This document shows, piece by piece, positions 9,323 through 18,975 of a stretch of DNA of 64,000 bases. Position numbers and translations under genes: made by a program. Source of the stretch: SAR86 cluster bacterium AG-313-N18 (GTDB lineage Bacteria > Pseudomonadota > Gammaproteobacteria > Magnimaribacterales > D2472); assembly GCA_003283765.1 (NCBI GenBank), contig QBVY01000004.1, forward strand, positions 16,493 through 80,492, given 5' to 3'. Position 1 is the stretch's first letter. Each line of letters starts with the position of its first letter. The notes under the pieces were generated by a model that saw nothing but the letters and a program-made list of their open reading frames with translations, made no database searches and had not been told where the DNA came from.

Positions 9323-10495
9323 CTAGCTTGCCTTGATAATAGAATCATATATTTCTGGGTCTGTGGCTCCCTCAGTTCCAAATAATAGAACAATACTTTC
9401 AGAGTCTAGCTTAAGTTTTGTTGCGATATCTTGGGTCTTCATAATTTCCATTAATGCTGCAAGGCCAGCAACTGAGGATTCCCCTGCTTCAATTGGAGGG
9501 TTATTGTTTGCAAGCATTCTCATTGTTGACGGTATCAATTGATCAGAAATAGCAACAAAATCATCTGTCCCTATGCTGAGAATTTCCCACCCAAGAAGTG
9601 ATGGTTCACCGCAGGATAAGCCAGCCATCATTGTTTCTTTTTTAATATTTACTGACGTCATTTGATTGTTTTGAGCACTCTGAATGAGGCATGGAGCATG
9701 CTCAGATTCAACAACAATGAACTTAATATTGCTGTTAGGAAATTTTTCCCAGAAGTATGCGCATATTGCACCAGGAAATGAACCTACTCCTCCTTGCAAA
9801 AATATATGAGTAGGCATATGAATTTTTTCTAATTCAGAGGCAATTTCTTCAGACATGACATTGTATCCAGCCATTATGTCTCTAGGATATTTTGTATATC
9901 CGGGATAAGAAGTATCAGAAATAATATGCCAGTTATTTAGCTCAGATTCTTTTTTGCAAACCTTCAGTGATTCGTCATAGTTTCCATTTACTCGTATAAC
10001 ATTTGCATCAAGTTTCTCCATCGCATCTTGACGCCCCAAACTCACTTCTGCATGAATATATATTTGACACTTGCATCCAAATATCTTGGCTCCGTAAGCA
10101 ACCGAACGACCATGATTGCCATCTGTTGCAGTTGTCACGGTGTATCTTGAAATTTTATCTTTGTATTTTCCCTTGTGGATATCTTCTGATGTTACGTTAC
10201 TTCCAATATCTTTTTTTAATTCATCTTGGATAAATTTTAAAACTCCATATGTGCCACCCAATGCCTTAAAACTACCTAATCCAAATCTAGAACTTTCATC
10301 TTTATAATAGATTTTTTTTATCCCAGTTTGTAAAGCTATGTCCTTTAAAGAAAGCAGGGGCGTTGGCTTATATCCATCCCATGTAGAAATCTCATCAAAT
10401 GCTTCTTTAGAATCTAGAAGATCAAAAATTGATTTTAGTTTATCCGTGTATAGGCTTTTGGCTTTATTTAAATTATGAAAATGAAGAATTGGCAT
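9323..10495 (-). CDS. Diaminopropionate ammonia-lyase-like PLP enzyme
   Basis: 390 aa. ESSRFGLGSFKALGG matches the DpaL/YgeX-type PLP-lysine region. TATDGNHGRSVAYGA matches the family's GNHG loop. Confidence 0.7.
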   Translation of the reverse strand: MPILHFHNLNKAKSLYTDKLKSIFDLLDSKEAFDEISTWDGYKPTPLLSLKDIALQTGIKKIYYKDESSRFGLGSFKALGGTYGVLKFIQDELKKDIGSNVTSEDIHKGKYKDKISRYTVTTATDGNHGRSVAYGAKIFGCKCQIYIHAEVSLGRQDAMEKLDANVIRVNGNYDESLKVCKKESELNNWHIISDTSYPGYTKYPRDIMAGYNVMSEEIASELEKIHMPTHIFLQGGVGSFPGAICAYFWEKFPNSNIKFIVVESEHAPCLIQSAQNNQMTSVNIKKETMMAGLSCGEPSLLGWEILSIGTDDFVAISDQLIPSTMRMLANNNPPIEAGESSVAGLAALMEIMKTQDIATKLKLDSESIVLLFGTEGATDPEIYDSIIKAS

Positions 10496-10640
10496 ACTTC
10501 ATTTTATTACACTTCATGTAATTAGTGCACGAGTTCCATTTGATACAAGAATGTATATTGAAATTTTTAACTTAAAATAGTTTTTAGACTTATCGATATT
10601 TATATTCCAACTAAGTATTCTCCGCCAAGCACAGTTCAGT

Positions 10641-10646
10641 TATAAT
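10641..10646 (+). promoter_or_regulatory. Candidate -10 box for tRNA-Phe
   Basis: Perfect TATAAT 15 nt upstream of the mature tRNA 5' end. The -35 region (TTCTCC at 17-nt spacing) is weak. Confidence 0.3.
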
Positions 10647-10661
10647 TCGTCATCTTCAAAT

Positions 10662-10737
10662 GCCCAGATAGCTCAGTCGGTAGAGCAAAGGACTGAAAAT
10701 CCTTGTGTCGGTGGTTCGATTCCACCTCTGGGCACCA
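10662..10737 (+). tRNA. tRNA-Phe (anticodon GAA), CCA encoded
   Basis: Folded by hand: acceptor GCCCAGA/TCTGGGC, D arm GCTC..GAGC, anticodon stem AAGGA/TCCTT with loop CTGAAAA, T arm GGTGG-TTCGATT-CCACC, then ACCA. Confidence 0.97.
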
Positions 10738-10864
10738 TTCTTTTTGTGCTCTAATTAATTAAATTTAACCCTTATGTTTTTAACCCTGCAGCTGATTAAA
10801 TTTTGTTGGAATAACCGTGTTATATTTTAAATACTTCAATACTAGTTTTTTGCTTTAAAGATCT

Positions 10865-12841
10865 TTGAGTAATACAAAATATAGACCAGAAATTGATGGG
10901 CTAAGGGCACTTGCGGTCTTGGCTGTAATGATATTCCATGCAAATGACCACTGGTTAAATGGTGGCTTCTTGGGTGTTGATGTTTTTTTTGTAATAAGTG
11001 GATATCTTATTACAACGATAATTATTTCAGAAATAGAACAAAACAAATTTAGTTTAATTAACTTTTATGAAAGAAGGGCCAGGAGAATACTCCCTGCTTT
11101 ATATCTAGTTGTAATAGTTTCTATGCCTTTTGCATGGTTATGGCTTAGCCCAGCTTATTTTAAAGATTTTACAGAAAGCATTGCGGCTATCGGCACCTTT
11201 ACATCAAATTTTTCATTTTGGTTCGAAGAGAAGTATTTTGGAGCAACTGCAGATTTCCTTCCTCTTTTGCACTCTTGGAGTCTTGCAGTTGAGGAGCAGT
11301 TTTATATTATTTTCCCCATTTTTCTATTGATATTTTGGTCTCATGGGCTAAAAAAAATATTGTTAATAATGTCTCTTGTTTTTTTTATTAGCCTTGGAGT
11401 TGCTCATTGGGCTTCAGTTTTTGCCTCGCATCCCAGAGTTATTTCTGGATCATTTTATTTGTTGCCAACAAGGGGCTGGGAATTAATTCTTGGCTCATTT
11501 GTGGCGTTCTGCATTAAATACAACCAATTTCCAAAATCTCTAACTACTAATCGAATAGTCAGCCTTCTTGGCATATCTATGGTTTTAATTTCTTTCATTG
11601 TTTTTGATGAGAATATATCACACCCAAGTCTTTACACATTATTGCCAACTCTCGGTACAGGTTTCATAATTTTATCAGCTACTGAAAATACTTTAGCCTT
11701 TAGGATTCTGACTTTACCTTTTCTTGTTAAATTAGGATTAATCTCTTACAGCGCATATTTATGGCATTATCCGATGTTAGTTTTTTCAAGACATAGGCTG
11801 CTAGATAATACATCTGATATTTTTTCATTACTTCTTCTATTTTTTTCAATAATCTTTGCATACATAAGCTGGAAATGGGTTGAGAGTCCATTTAGAGATA
11901 AAGCAAAGACTTCTAGAAAAATGATTTTTTCTATTTTTATATTTGGTCTATTGGCCTTTCAAATAACTGGATTTGTGAGTTATCAGGCGTACCTGAAAGA
12001 TGAATATAGCTCTAGAAGTAATTTTGATAAAATTCTTACGGATTCATTCAAAATGGCAAAATCTGATGGATGTTTTAATACCCCATTAAACCATTTGTCA
12101 GATAGCTGGGGTTGTATCTTGGGTAAGCAAGATGATGAAATCGACTTTATTCTATTCGGTGACTCACACGCTGAAGCATTATCAGAAGTTTTTAATCAAG
12201 CAGCATTGGATAATGATATAAGTATTTTCTTTACTGGCGCAAATGGTTGCATTCCCTTTCTTGGTACATACGTCCAAAGATCTGATCAGCTTAATAATAA
12301 TTGTTATCTTCTCAACAAAAGATTGAGTCAATTTGCTAAAACAAAAAAAGTTAAAGGTATTTTCTTATCAGCAAGATGGACCTATTATACAAATTCTGGC
12401 TATGGTGGTGCGCAGCAATTCATTGCACAAACTGAAGTGGGGCCATTTAATTTATTAGACAGCAGAAAAGCATTTGAAGCGGGGCTCAATAAAACTATTG
12501 ATTATTACGACGATCTTAATATACCAGTTTATATTTTTTCTCAAGCTCCTCAACAAAGGTTTCCTGCAGAAATGGCATATTTCAATGTATACAAAAATCT
12601 AAATAACATAAATAAAGTTTCTGTTTCCAGAAAATCATTTGAAGAGCTTTCAAACTCTTATTTCTCAATAATGTTAGAAAGAGAAAAAGATCTTAATTTG
12701 GTTAATATGATGGATTTATTTTGTAATGAAGATATATGCCCAATAGGCACATACAATCAGAGCTACTATTCAGATGCAAATCATCTTTCTATTATTGGAT
12801 CAAAGAAGATATCTGAAACAATTTCTGACTTGATCCAATAA
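10865..12841 (+). CDS. Acyltransferase family 3 (OafA/OatA-like) with C-terminal SGNH domain
   Basis: 658 aa, TTG start. The RPEIDGLRALAVLAVMIFHA N-terminus and about 10 TM segments are typical of Acyl_transf_3. The C-terminal soluble part has FGDSHAEAL (SGNH block I-like). Confidence 0.85.
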   Translation: MSNTKYRPEIDGLRALAVLAVMIFHANDHWLNGGFLGVDVFFVISGYLITTIIISEIEQNKFSLINFYERRARRILPALYLVVIVSMPFAWLWLSPAYFKDFTESIAAIGTFTSNFSFWFEEKYFGATADFLPLLHSWSLAVEEQFYIIFPIFLLIFWSHGLKKILLIMSLVFFISLGVAHWASVFASHPRVISGSFYLLPTRGWELILGSFVAFCIKYNQFPKSLTTNRIVSLLGISMVLISFIVFDENISHPSLYTLLPTLGTGFIILSATENTLAFRILTLPFLVKLGLISYSAYLWHYPMLVFSRHRLLDNTSDIFSLLLLFFSIIFAYISWKWVESPFRDKAKTSRKMIFSIFIFGLLAFQITGFVSYQAYLKDEYSSRSNFDKILTDSFKMAKSDGCFNTPLNHLSDSWGCILGKQDDEIDFILFGDSHAEALSEVFNQAALDNDISIFFTGANGCIPFLGTYVQRSDQLNNNCYLLNKRLSQFAKTKKVKGIFLSARWTYYTNSGYGGAQQFIAQTEVGPFNLLDSRKAFEAGLNKTIDYYDDLNIPVYIFSQAPQQRFPAEMAYFNVYKNLNNINKVSVSRKSFEELSNSYFSIMLEREKDLNLVNMMDLFCNEDICPIGTYNQSYYSDANHLSIIGSKKISETISDLIQ

Positions 12842-12864
12842 TATAAATTCAAATTTATAAAAAA

Positions 12865-14289
12865 ATGAGACATTTTTACAAAACTTTTTTCTTATTAATG
12901 ATTTTAAGCTGCTGTGGTGGAGGAACTTCTGCCCCGGATTCAATTATTCCCTCAACCCAAAATATCCCCTCTCTGCCATTATTTCAAGAGTCTCCCATTA
13001 AATTGATTGATGCAGTTAGTTATTATTCTCAAGCATGCAATAAACCCTCATTTCAATTTTTAATCCCAGTAGAAATTAATAATGATATTTACATGGATTT
13101 TATTGCGCATTTTTGGTGCGACTCTCCAACTCCTGCAAAGTTTGATGATCTGCCAGTCCAAGATGCTCTTGTAGCATATCTTAGCGATGGATTTGGAGGT
13201 TATACCATAGATAATAATGAGGTATTTGGATTGGTAAATGCTCAGTTAGGCGGTGCTAGTAGAAAATATTCAAGAGGTGATTTAAATGGTGATGGTAAAG
13301 ATGACTTTGCTTTTGCTATGAACTGGGAAGATGGCAGGGCCTCTTATGATTATGAATCCATGATTGCAAATTATGCTCAGCCCTCAATATTAATGAGTCA
13401 TGAGTCCGGCTATACCATTCAGCGATTAGGCAATCCTGATTGGGGACACTCTGTTCAAGTGAAAGACAATATTGTTTTATTTGGTGGGCATAGCTCACAA
13501 GCCTTCAAGCTCGTTGACTCAACATGGATTGATATATCGGAGCAATATTTAGATTTGAGTTTTGCAAGCTTTTTGGTTTATGACGATTACATTATTAATA
13601 GTGTGAGACGTAATGGACTTCAGGGATTAGAGCTAAGAGAAAATAATGAGACCATTTCTTCATTAATGACTGAGGAAAGCTTTAAAGTTAATTTTGAGAG
13701 CTGGAATAATCAAGGAACAGGCAAATATAATGAGCTTGGGGTTTATAGCATTCGTGGGGAGAATTACTTTGATGGGATGACATCAGAAATGTGTCGCCAG
13801 GATGATCTGATCATTGCAACAATTAATGCTAGCAAACTTAGGTCTGGAGAAATTATTGAAGGGGGCTATTACTCAGAAACAGATACTGATCCAGTGGTCC
13901 TTTTTGCTTTTTATGAAATTAAAAATAAAGAATTAGTAGAAAAGCAAATAGAAGTTATTGGAGAGGAAATAAATCATAACTTTAACTTCTTTGACTGCAT
14001 TGATGTTAATGGAGATCAGATGAGCGACATAGTTGCACAAGTATTCAGTCAACCCTGGGATGATCAAGATGATAATCAAGGCGTTCCAGAGGTTTACAAA
14101 AATACTGGAAATGGATATATGAATATAGATACCTCGTCATGGCCTACATATAGCATCAACGATGGTTCGCAGGGTTATTTATTCGATGTTGATTCAAGTG
14201 GAACCTTTGATTTGGTTATGTTTCCCCTCAAAATGAATATCAGTGGCGATGTTGAGATATTTCTTTCAAATAGACATGTTGTTAATTAA
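12865..14289 (+). CDS. Lipoprotein with FG-GAP/VCBS-like repeats
   Basis: 474 aa. The signal peptide has lipobox LMILSC. There are three Ca-binding-type repeat cores: DLNGDGKDDF, DVNGDQMSDIV, DVDSSGTFDLV. Confidence 0.6.
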   Translation: MRHFYKTFFLLMILSCCGGGTSAPDSIIPSTQNIPSLPLFQESPIKLIDAVSYYSQACNKPSFQFLIPVEINNDIYMDFIAHFWCDSPTPAKFDDLPVQDALVAYLSDGFGGYTIDNNEVFGLVNAQLGGASRKYSRGDLNGDGKDDFAFAMNWEDGRASYDYESMIANYAQPSILMSHESGYTIQRLGNPDWGHSVQVKDNIVLFGGHSSQAFKLVDSTWIDISEQYLDLSFASFLVYDDYIINSVRRNGLQGLELRENNETISSLMTEESFKVNFESWNNQGTGKYNELGVYSIRGENYFDGMTSEMCRQDDLIIATINASKLRSGEIIEGGYYSETDTDPVVLFAFYEIKNKELVEKQIEVIGEEINHNFNFFDCIDVNGDQMSDIVAQVFSQPWDDQDDNQGVPEVYKNTGNGYMNIDTSSWPTYSINDGSQGYLFDVDSSGTFDLVMFPLKMNISGDVEIFLSNRHVVN

Positions 14290-14307
14290 GCCTATCGATT
14301 CTTAACT

Positions 14308-14328
14308 ATTGACATATATTATGTCAAT
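14308..14328. promoter_or_regulatory. Perfect 9-bp inverted repeat (candidate operator) upstream of the D-aminoacylase gene
   Basis: ATTGACATA-TAT-TATGTCAAT, 44 nt upstream of ATG 14372. It contains TTGACA, so it could overlap a -35 element. Confidence 0.35.
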
Positions 14329-14371
14329 AAATATGATTCCATAATCAATAATTTAGCGTTAAATTAAATAT

Positions 14372-16282
14372 ATGGAAATAAATAAAAGCACACATGATCT
14401 GATCATTCGTAATGGAAAAATTCTAGATGGGTCAGGAAAAAAACCATTCTTTGGTGATATTGCTATTGATGGTGGGAAAATTACATCAGTTGGAAGGGTT
14501 GAAAGCTTAGGTAAGGAAGAGTTCGATGCAAAAGGAAATTTGGTAACGCCTGGCTGGGTTGATATTCATACTCACTACGACGGACAGGTTTCCTGGGATC
14601 CATATCTCACTCCTTCTAGCTGGCACGGTGTAACAACAGCAGTAATGGGGAATTGTGGGGTAGGCTTTGCTCCAGTTCGCCCAGGAGATGAAAACTTTCT
14701 GATTCAACTCATGGAGGGAGTAGAAGATATTCCTGGCTCGGCTTTGCATGAGGGAATTGATTGGGATTGGGAGACTTTTCCAGAATTTCTAGATGCCATT
14801 GATAAAAAAGAATTTGTCATGGACGTTGGATTTATGATGGGACACGGGCCTTTAAGAAGCTATGTAATGGGTTATGAAAGATGCCAAAATCAAGTAGATG
14901 CATCTGAGGAAGAGATCAGCAAAATGTCAGAACTTGTCACTGAAGCCATAGAAGCTGGAGCGCTTGGATTTAGCACCTCTAGAACTGTTCTGCATAGAGA
15001 TATATATGGGAAATATGTGCCTGGCACGGAAGCAAGTTCGGAAGAGATGCGAGCTCTTGCTTTTGGAGTTGATAAAGCTGGAGAAGGAACGCTAGAAATA
15101 ACATCTGACTGGCTGGATGAAGAGATGGAAATGTCTTGGATGAAGGAATATGTTAAAAAAAGTGATTGTGGATTGACCTTTCTGCAAACCAAAGGCGACG
15201 CAGTAAAAACAATTTTATTTTCTGAGGAACACTTTCTCAAAGGTAAGAATATTCGACCTCAATTTCCAGGGAGAAATGTTGGTTTAATGTTTGGCTGGGA
15301 AACTTCAGTCAATCCATTTATGCAATTTCCTGCCTATAAAGAAATTATTAACCTACCTATGGATCAAAAATATGAAATTTTAAAAGATCCTCTTTTTAAA
15401 GAGAAATTACTTAGTCAAGAACCAGACTTTGAATCAGAAATAACGGCAAGACTTGCAGACAATCCTTCCAATAAAACTAGAGAAGAAATTGCGCAAGATG
15501 TCGCACTCCCAACAACCATCACCTCAAAGTACAAAACCCAATTCATCCTTGGGACACCTCCAAATTATGAACCCAAAGAAGAAGATAGTATTGCCGCGAT
15601 CGCTTCAAGAAAAAATATATCTGAGCTTGAGGTTATGTATGATGAGATGCTTCAAAATCAAGGTACCAATTTAATTTATGCTGCCTTCACACCTTATGAA
15701 AAATATAAGCTAGATTTTGTTGAACAGGCCTATCGATTAAAGTCATCTGTTGCTGGAGGAAGTGATGGCGGCGCCCATTGCGGATTAATTTGTGATGCGA
15801 GCATGCCAACAACCAATATTTCACATTGGGGAAGAGACAGAGAGGCAGGTAGAAAGTTTCCACTAGAGATGTTGATCAAGAAACAAACTAAAGACACAGC
15901 TGAGACTTTTGGTTTATTTGATAGAGGTGAAATAAAATCTGGCATGTTGGCTGATATTAATATTATTGATTTTGATAAGTTGAATGTAAGTCACCCAACA
16001 ATGATTCACGATCTTCCACTGGGTGGAAGACGCCTGGTGCAAGACGCTACGGGTTATATTGCCACCATAAAGAATGGCCAAGTAGTTTCTGAAAATGGTA
16101 AAGCTAATGGAGTGTTGCCAGGGAAATTAATCAGAGGAAAGCAGGTTTGTGAAGTAAAAACAGGCATATCAAAGGTTTCATTTTTTGATAAGACCATTCG
16201 ATTAATGGCAGTGAAAGCCTTGAGTTTCTTTTGGAGATTCAGCGGAAAGTCTATGAAAACTACAATTGTTTCTGAGAGTTAA
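14372..16282 (+). CDS. N-acyl-D-amino-acid deacylase (D-aminoacylase) family amidohydrolase
   Basis: 636 aa. DLIIRNGKILDGSG...GDIAIDGGKITSVG...VTPGWVDIHTHYDGQ is the typical family N-terminus with HxH. The C-terminal ADINIIDFD is a family motif. Confidence 0.8.
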   Translation: MEINKSTHDLIIRNGKILDGSGKKPFFGDIAIDGGKITSVGRVESLGKEEFDAKGNLVTPGWVDIHTHYDGQVSWDPYLTPSSWHGVTTAVMGNCGVGFAPVRPGDENFLIQLMEGVEDIPGSALHEGIDWDWETFPEFLDAIDKKEFVMDVGFMMGHGPLRSYVMGYERCQNQVDASEEEISKMSELVTEAIEAGALGFSTSRTVLHRDIYGKYVPGTEASSEEMRALAFGVDKAGEGTLEITSDWLDEEMEMSWMKEYVKKSDCGLTFLQTKGDAVKTILFSEEHFLKGKNIRPQFPGRNVGLMFGWETSVNPFMQFPAYKEIINLPMDQKYEILKDPLFKEKLLSQEPDFESEITARLADNPSNKTREEIAQDVALPTTITSKYKTQFILGTPPNYEPKEEDSIAAIASRKNISELEVMYDEMLQNQGTNLIYAAFTPYEKYKLDFVEQAYRLKSSVAGGSDGGAHCGLICDASMPTTNISHWGRDREAGRKFPLEMLIKKQTKDTAETFGLFDRGEIKSGMLADINIIDFDKLNVSHPTMIHDLPLGGRRLVQDATGYIATIKNGQVVSENGKANGVLPGKLIRGKQVCEVKTGISKVSFFDKTIRLMAVKALSFFWRFSGKSMKTTIVSES

Positions 16283-16288
16283 ATAGTT

Positions 16289-17053
16289 ATGAAGCCAGTT
16301 TGCTTAGTTTTGGGTGCCGGTGCCGGCATTGGTGGAACTGTTGCAACAAAATTTGCTCAAGAAGGTTATCACTCATGTTTATGCAGAAGGTCTGATCAGA
16401 ATGGATTAGATAGACTGGTATCAAATATTGAAGAAAAAGGTGGCTCTGCAAGCGGTTATCTCATTAATGCAATTGAAGAAAATATTCTCGAGGATTTAAT
16501 CTTAAATATAGAAAAAGATGTAGGGCCAATTGAGGTCCTTGTTTATAACCTTGGTGCTCAAACTGGAATGAAGTTACTTAATGAAACGACTTTAAAAGAG
16601 TTTGAGTGGGGCTGGAGGATGGCAGATTTGGGATTATTTAGAGTAGCAAAAGTATTAATGCCAATCATGGAAGAAAGAGGTGCTGGTACATTTCTAGTTA
16701 CTTCTGCAACAGCTGCTATGCGTGGAAATAAAAATCAGCACTCTCATGCTGCAGCCATGGGTGGAAGGAGAATGTTATGCCAAACTCTCAATGCTGAGTT
16801 TGCATCAAAGGGAATTCATGTGGCTCATATTGTAGTGGATGGAATGGTTGATGCGCCAGATACTTTGGGTAAGATGCTCGGAGAAGAATTATTTCAACAA
16901 CTCAGAGAAACGAAAGGCATGGAGCACGATGGGCTGATTCTGCCTGAGCGAGTTGCAGAAACATATTATTACTTGTCTCAACAGCATCGATCTGCTTGGA
17001 GTCACGAAATAGATATTAGAGCTTTCTCAGATACAGCTTGGTGGAATAGTTAG
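16289..17053 (+). CDS. SDR family oxidoreductase
   Basis: 254 aa. LVLGAGAGIGGTVA is the Rossmann TGxxxGxG-type motif, with SDR length and layout. Confidence 0.8.
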   Translation: MKPVCLVLGAGAGIGGTVATKFAQEGYHSCLCRRSDQNGLDRLVSNIEEKGGSASGYLINAIEENILEDLILNIEKDVGPIEVLVYNLGAQTGMKLLNETTLKEFEWGWRMADLGLFRVAKVLMPIMEERGAGTFLVTSATAAMRGNKNQHSHAAAMGGRRMLCQTLNAEFASKGIHVAHIVVDGMVDAPDTLGKMLGEELFQQLRETKGMEHDGLILPERVAETYYYLSQQHRSAWSHEIDIRAFSDTAWWNS

Positions 17054-17319
17054 TCTATAGCTTTAAAACCAGAAGCTTGTTCGACTTCTTCATTATTAAA
17101 AAATTTTTCCATCTGCTCTAGCAACCAAGAACGGGCATCTGCTTGAGACAAGTCTAGGTGTTTTTCATTTATAAGAGTTGTTTGATGTGATTTCCAAGAT
17201 TCCCATGCCTCTTGAGATACAGTTTCCATTAATTCCTTACCTTTAGGCCCGGGCATTGGCGGCAATGACATGGCAGGTAAATCTTTTTGAAATTTTTTAC
17301 AGAAAACAGTTGTACTCAT
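17050..17319 (-). CDS. yggX: Fe(2+)-trafficking / oxidative-damage protection protein YggX
   Basis: 89 aa. VFCKKFQKDLPAMSLPPMPGPKGKEL...W..W..HQTTLINEKHLD matches YggX. It sits in the conserved position downstream of mutY. Confidence 0.9.
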   Translation of the reverse strand: MSTTVFCKKFQKDLPAMSLPPMPGPKGKELMETVSQEAWESWKSHQTTLINEKHLDLSQADARSWLLEQMEKFFNNEEVEQASGFKAID

Positions 17320-18353
17320 AATTCTTTAATAACATTGCTAATTGGCTTTGGTATACCATATTCCTCTATTCTATCCTTTTTTATCCATTTGTATGTTTGA
17401 TTGGTTTCTATTTCTTGTTCTTTTAATGAGGAATAGGTTTTCAAATTTATTTCTAGTCTTCTATGTGTAAGCTCATGCTTAATTTTTTGCTTAGTTGTGA
17501 GTTTAAAATTTTTGATGTTATTTTTTATAGATCCTGAATCAAAAGGTAACCAAAGATTCTTCCATATTGAATCAGTTTCATTCTTTAAGAGTAATAAAGA
17601 TTTTTCAGTCTGTACTAATGATAAATTCATAATAATTACTTTTTTTATCGATACGGTTTTATTTTTTTTGACTGATTTAACTTTGAATGCAGATAAGCAT
17701 TGAGAATTGACCGGACATTTAACGCAAGATGGGTTTGATGGTGTGCAAATCGTTGCTCCCAAATCCATAATTCCTTGTGTATAAGAAAAGCAATCATCTT
17801 TATTCACCATTTCCTTTGACAGTTTCCAAAGTTCAGCTTCTTTCAATAAATTCAATTCTTTTTTTAAGAATCTTGATATAACTCTTTTAACATTTCCATC
17901 AAGTATTGGATGAGGGACAAGATATGCTAATGACATAATTGCCCCAGCTGTTGATTTGCCAATTCCAGGCAATTCTATGATTTGTTGAAATTCATTTGGA
18001 AACTTGTTCCCATAATTATTTTTTATAATTTCTTTAGTAGTAAATATATTTCTAGCTCTACGATAGAATCCCAATCCTGACCACATAGCTAAAACTTGAT
18101 CTTCGCTTGCTTCAGATAATTTTTTTTGGGAGGGGAACTTCTTAATAAACTTTTGAAAATAAGGTATGACTGTTTTTACTTGGGTTTGCTGCAGCATGAT
18201 TTCTGAGATCCAAACTCTATAGGGAGTAACTTTTTTTCGCCATGGTAAATCATGCCTACCATGATCTAAATACCATTGCACAACTTGCTGAGAGAAAAGT
18301 TGATATCGCTTATTCAAAGAGGTTTTCTTTTGAAATTGGTTCTTTGCTGCCAT
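17316..18353 (-). CDS. mutY: A/G-specific adenine DNA glycosylase MutY
   Basis: 345 aa. [22 protein letters not shown], the HhH-GPD region [12 protein letters not shown], and a 4-Cys cluster (C..C..C....C). The start may instead be TTG at 18317 (see findings). Confidence 0.9.
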   Translation of the reverse strand: MAAKNQFQKKTSLNKRYQLFSQQVVQWYLDHGRHDLPWRKKVTPYRVWISEIMLQQTQVKTVIPYFQKFIKKFPSQKKLSEASEDQVLAMWSGLGFYRRARNIFTTKEIIKNNYGNKFPNEFQQIIELPGIGKSTAGAIMSLAYLVPHPILDGNVKRVISRFLKKELNLLKEAELWKLSKEMVNKDDCFSYTQGIMDLGATICTPSNPSCVKCPVNSQCLSAFKVKSVKKNKTVSIKKVIIMNLSLVQTEKSLLLLKNETDSIWKNLWLPFDSGSIKNNIKNFKLTTKQKIKHELTHRRLEINLKTYSSLKEQEIETNQTYKWIKKDRIEEYGIPKPISNVIKEL

Positions 18354-18936
18354 CGAAAGTGTAAATTATTGGTGCGCCTGTTGGGATCTCAAGTGCTATT
18401 ACTTCTTCCTTTGATAAATTATCAAGCTGCATTACCAAAGATCTGAGTGAATTTCCATGTGCCGCTACTAAAATATTTTCTCCCTCTAAAAGTTTTGGCA
18501 AGATTGAGGAATTAAAATAAGGAAGAACCCTCTCTGCAGTATTCTTTAGACTCTCGCCACCTGGAGGAGGTATGTCATAAGACCTTCTCCAAATATGAAC
18601 CTGCTCTTCTCCCCATTCTTTTCTGGCATCATCCTTATTTAAACCGGCTAGATCTCCATAATCCCTTTCATTTAAAGCTTGATTTTTTGTAACCTCAATA
18701 TCTGTTTGAGCTATGCCCTCTAAAATCATTTGACCTGTAATTTGCGCTCGCTTCAAAGCAGAGGTAAACATCATGGAGAATTTAATATTTTTCTCTTTGA
18801 TGAGGATGCCAGCATTAGAGGCCTCTTTTTCGCCAACTGGAGTCAATCCTGGATCCTTCCACCCAGTGAATAAATTTTTGGCATTCCACTCACTTTGCCC
18901 GTGACGGACAAGCACTAAAAAATTTTGATCTTTCAT
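18310..18936 (-). CDS. gpmA: 2,3-bisphosphoglycerate-dependent phosphoglycerate mutase (short form)
   Basis: 208 aa. [20 protein letters not shown] and [10 protein letters not shown] are histidine-phosphatase motifs. Confidence 0.9.
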   Translation of the reverse strand: MKDQNFLVLVRHGQSEWNAKNLFTGWKDPGLTPVGEKEASNAGILIKEKNIKFSMMFTSALKRAQITGQMILEGIAQTDIEVTKNQALNERDYGDLAGLNKDDARKEWGEEQVHIWRRSYDIPPPGGESLKNTAERVLPYFNSSILPKLLEGENILVAAHGNSLRSLVMQLDNLSKEEVIALEIPTGAPIIYTFDGSKEPISKENLFE

Positions 18937-18975
18937 AATATAAACCTCACCAATAAATATATTTTAAGCGATAAT

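Noticed and set aside
10774-10830. An 18-codon ORF (MFLTLQLIKFCWNNRVIF) in the gap between tRNA-Phe and the acyltransferase gene
   Set aside because: It has no Shine-Dalgarno-like sequence and no recognisable peptide family. An ORF of this length is expected by chance in a 127-nt AT-rich spacer.
10716-14301. Possible att-type direct repeat delimiting an island at tRNA-Phe: TCGATTC in the T-loop region at 10716..10722 and again at 14295..14301
   Set aside because: Only 7 nt match, which is expected by chance. There is no integrase, excisionase or other mobility gene. I keep the region only as a weak 'islet' hypothesis in the findings.
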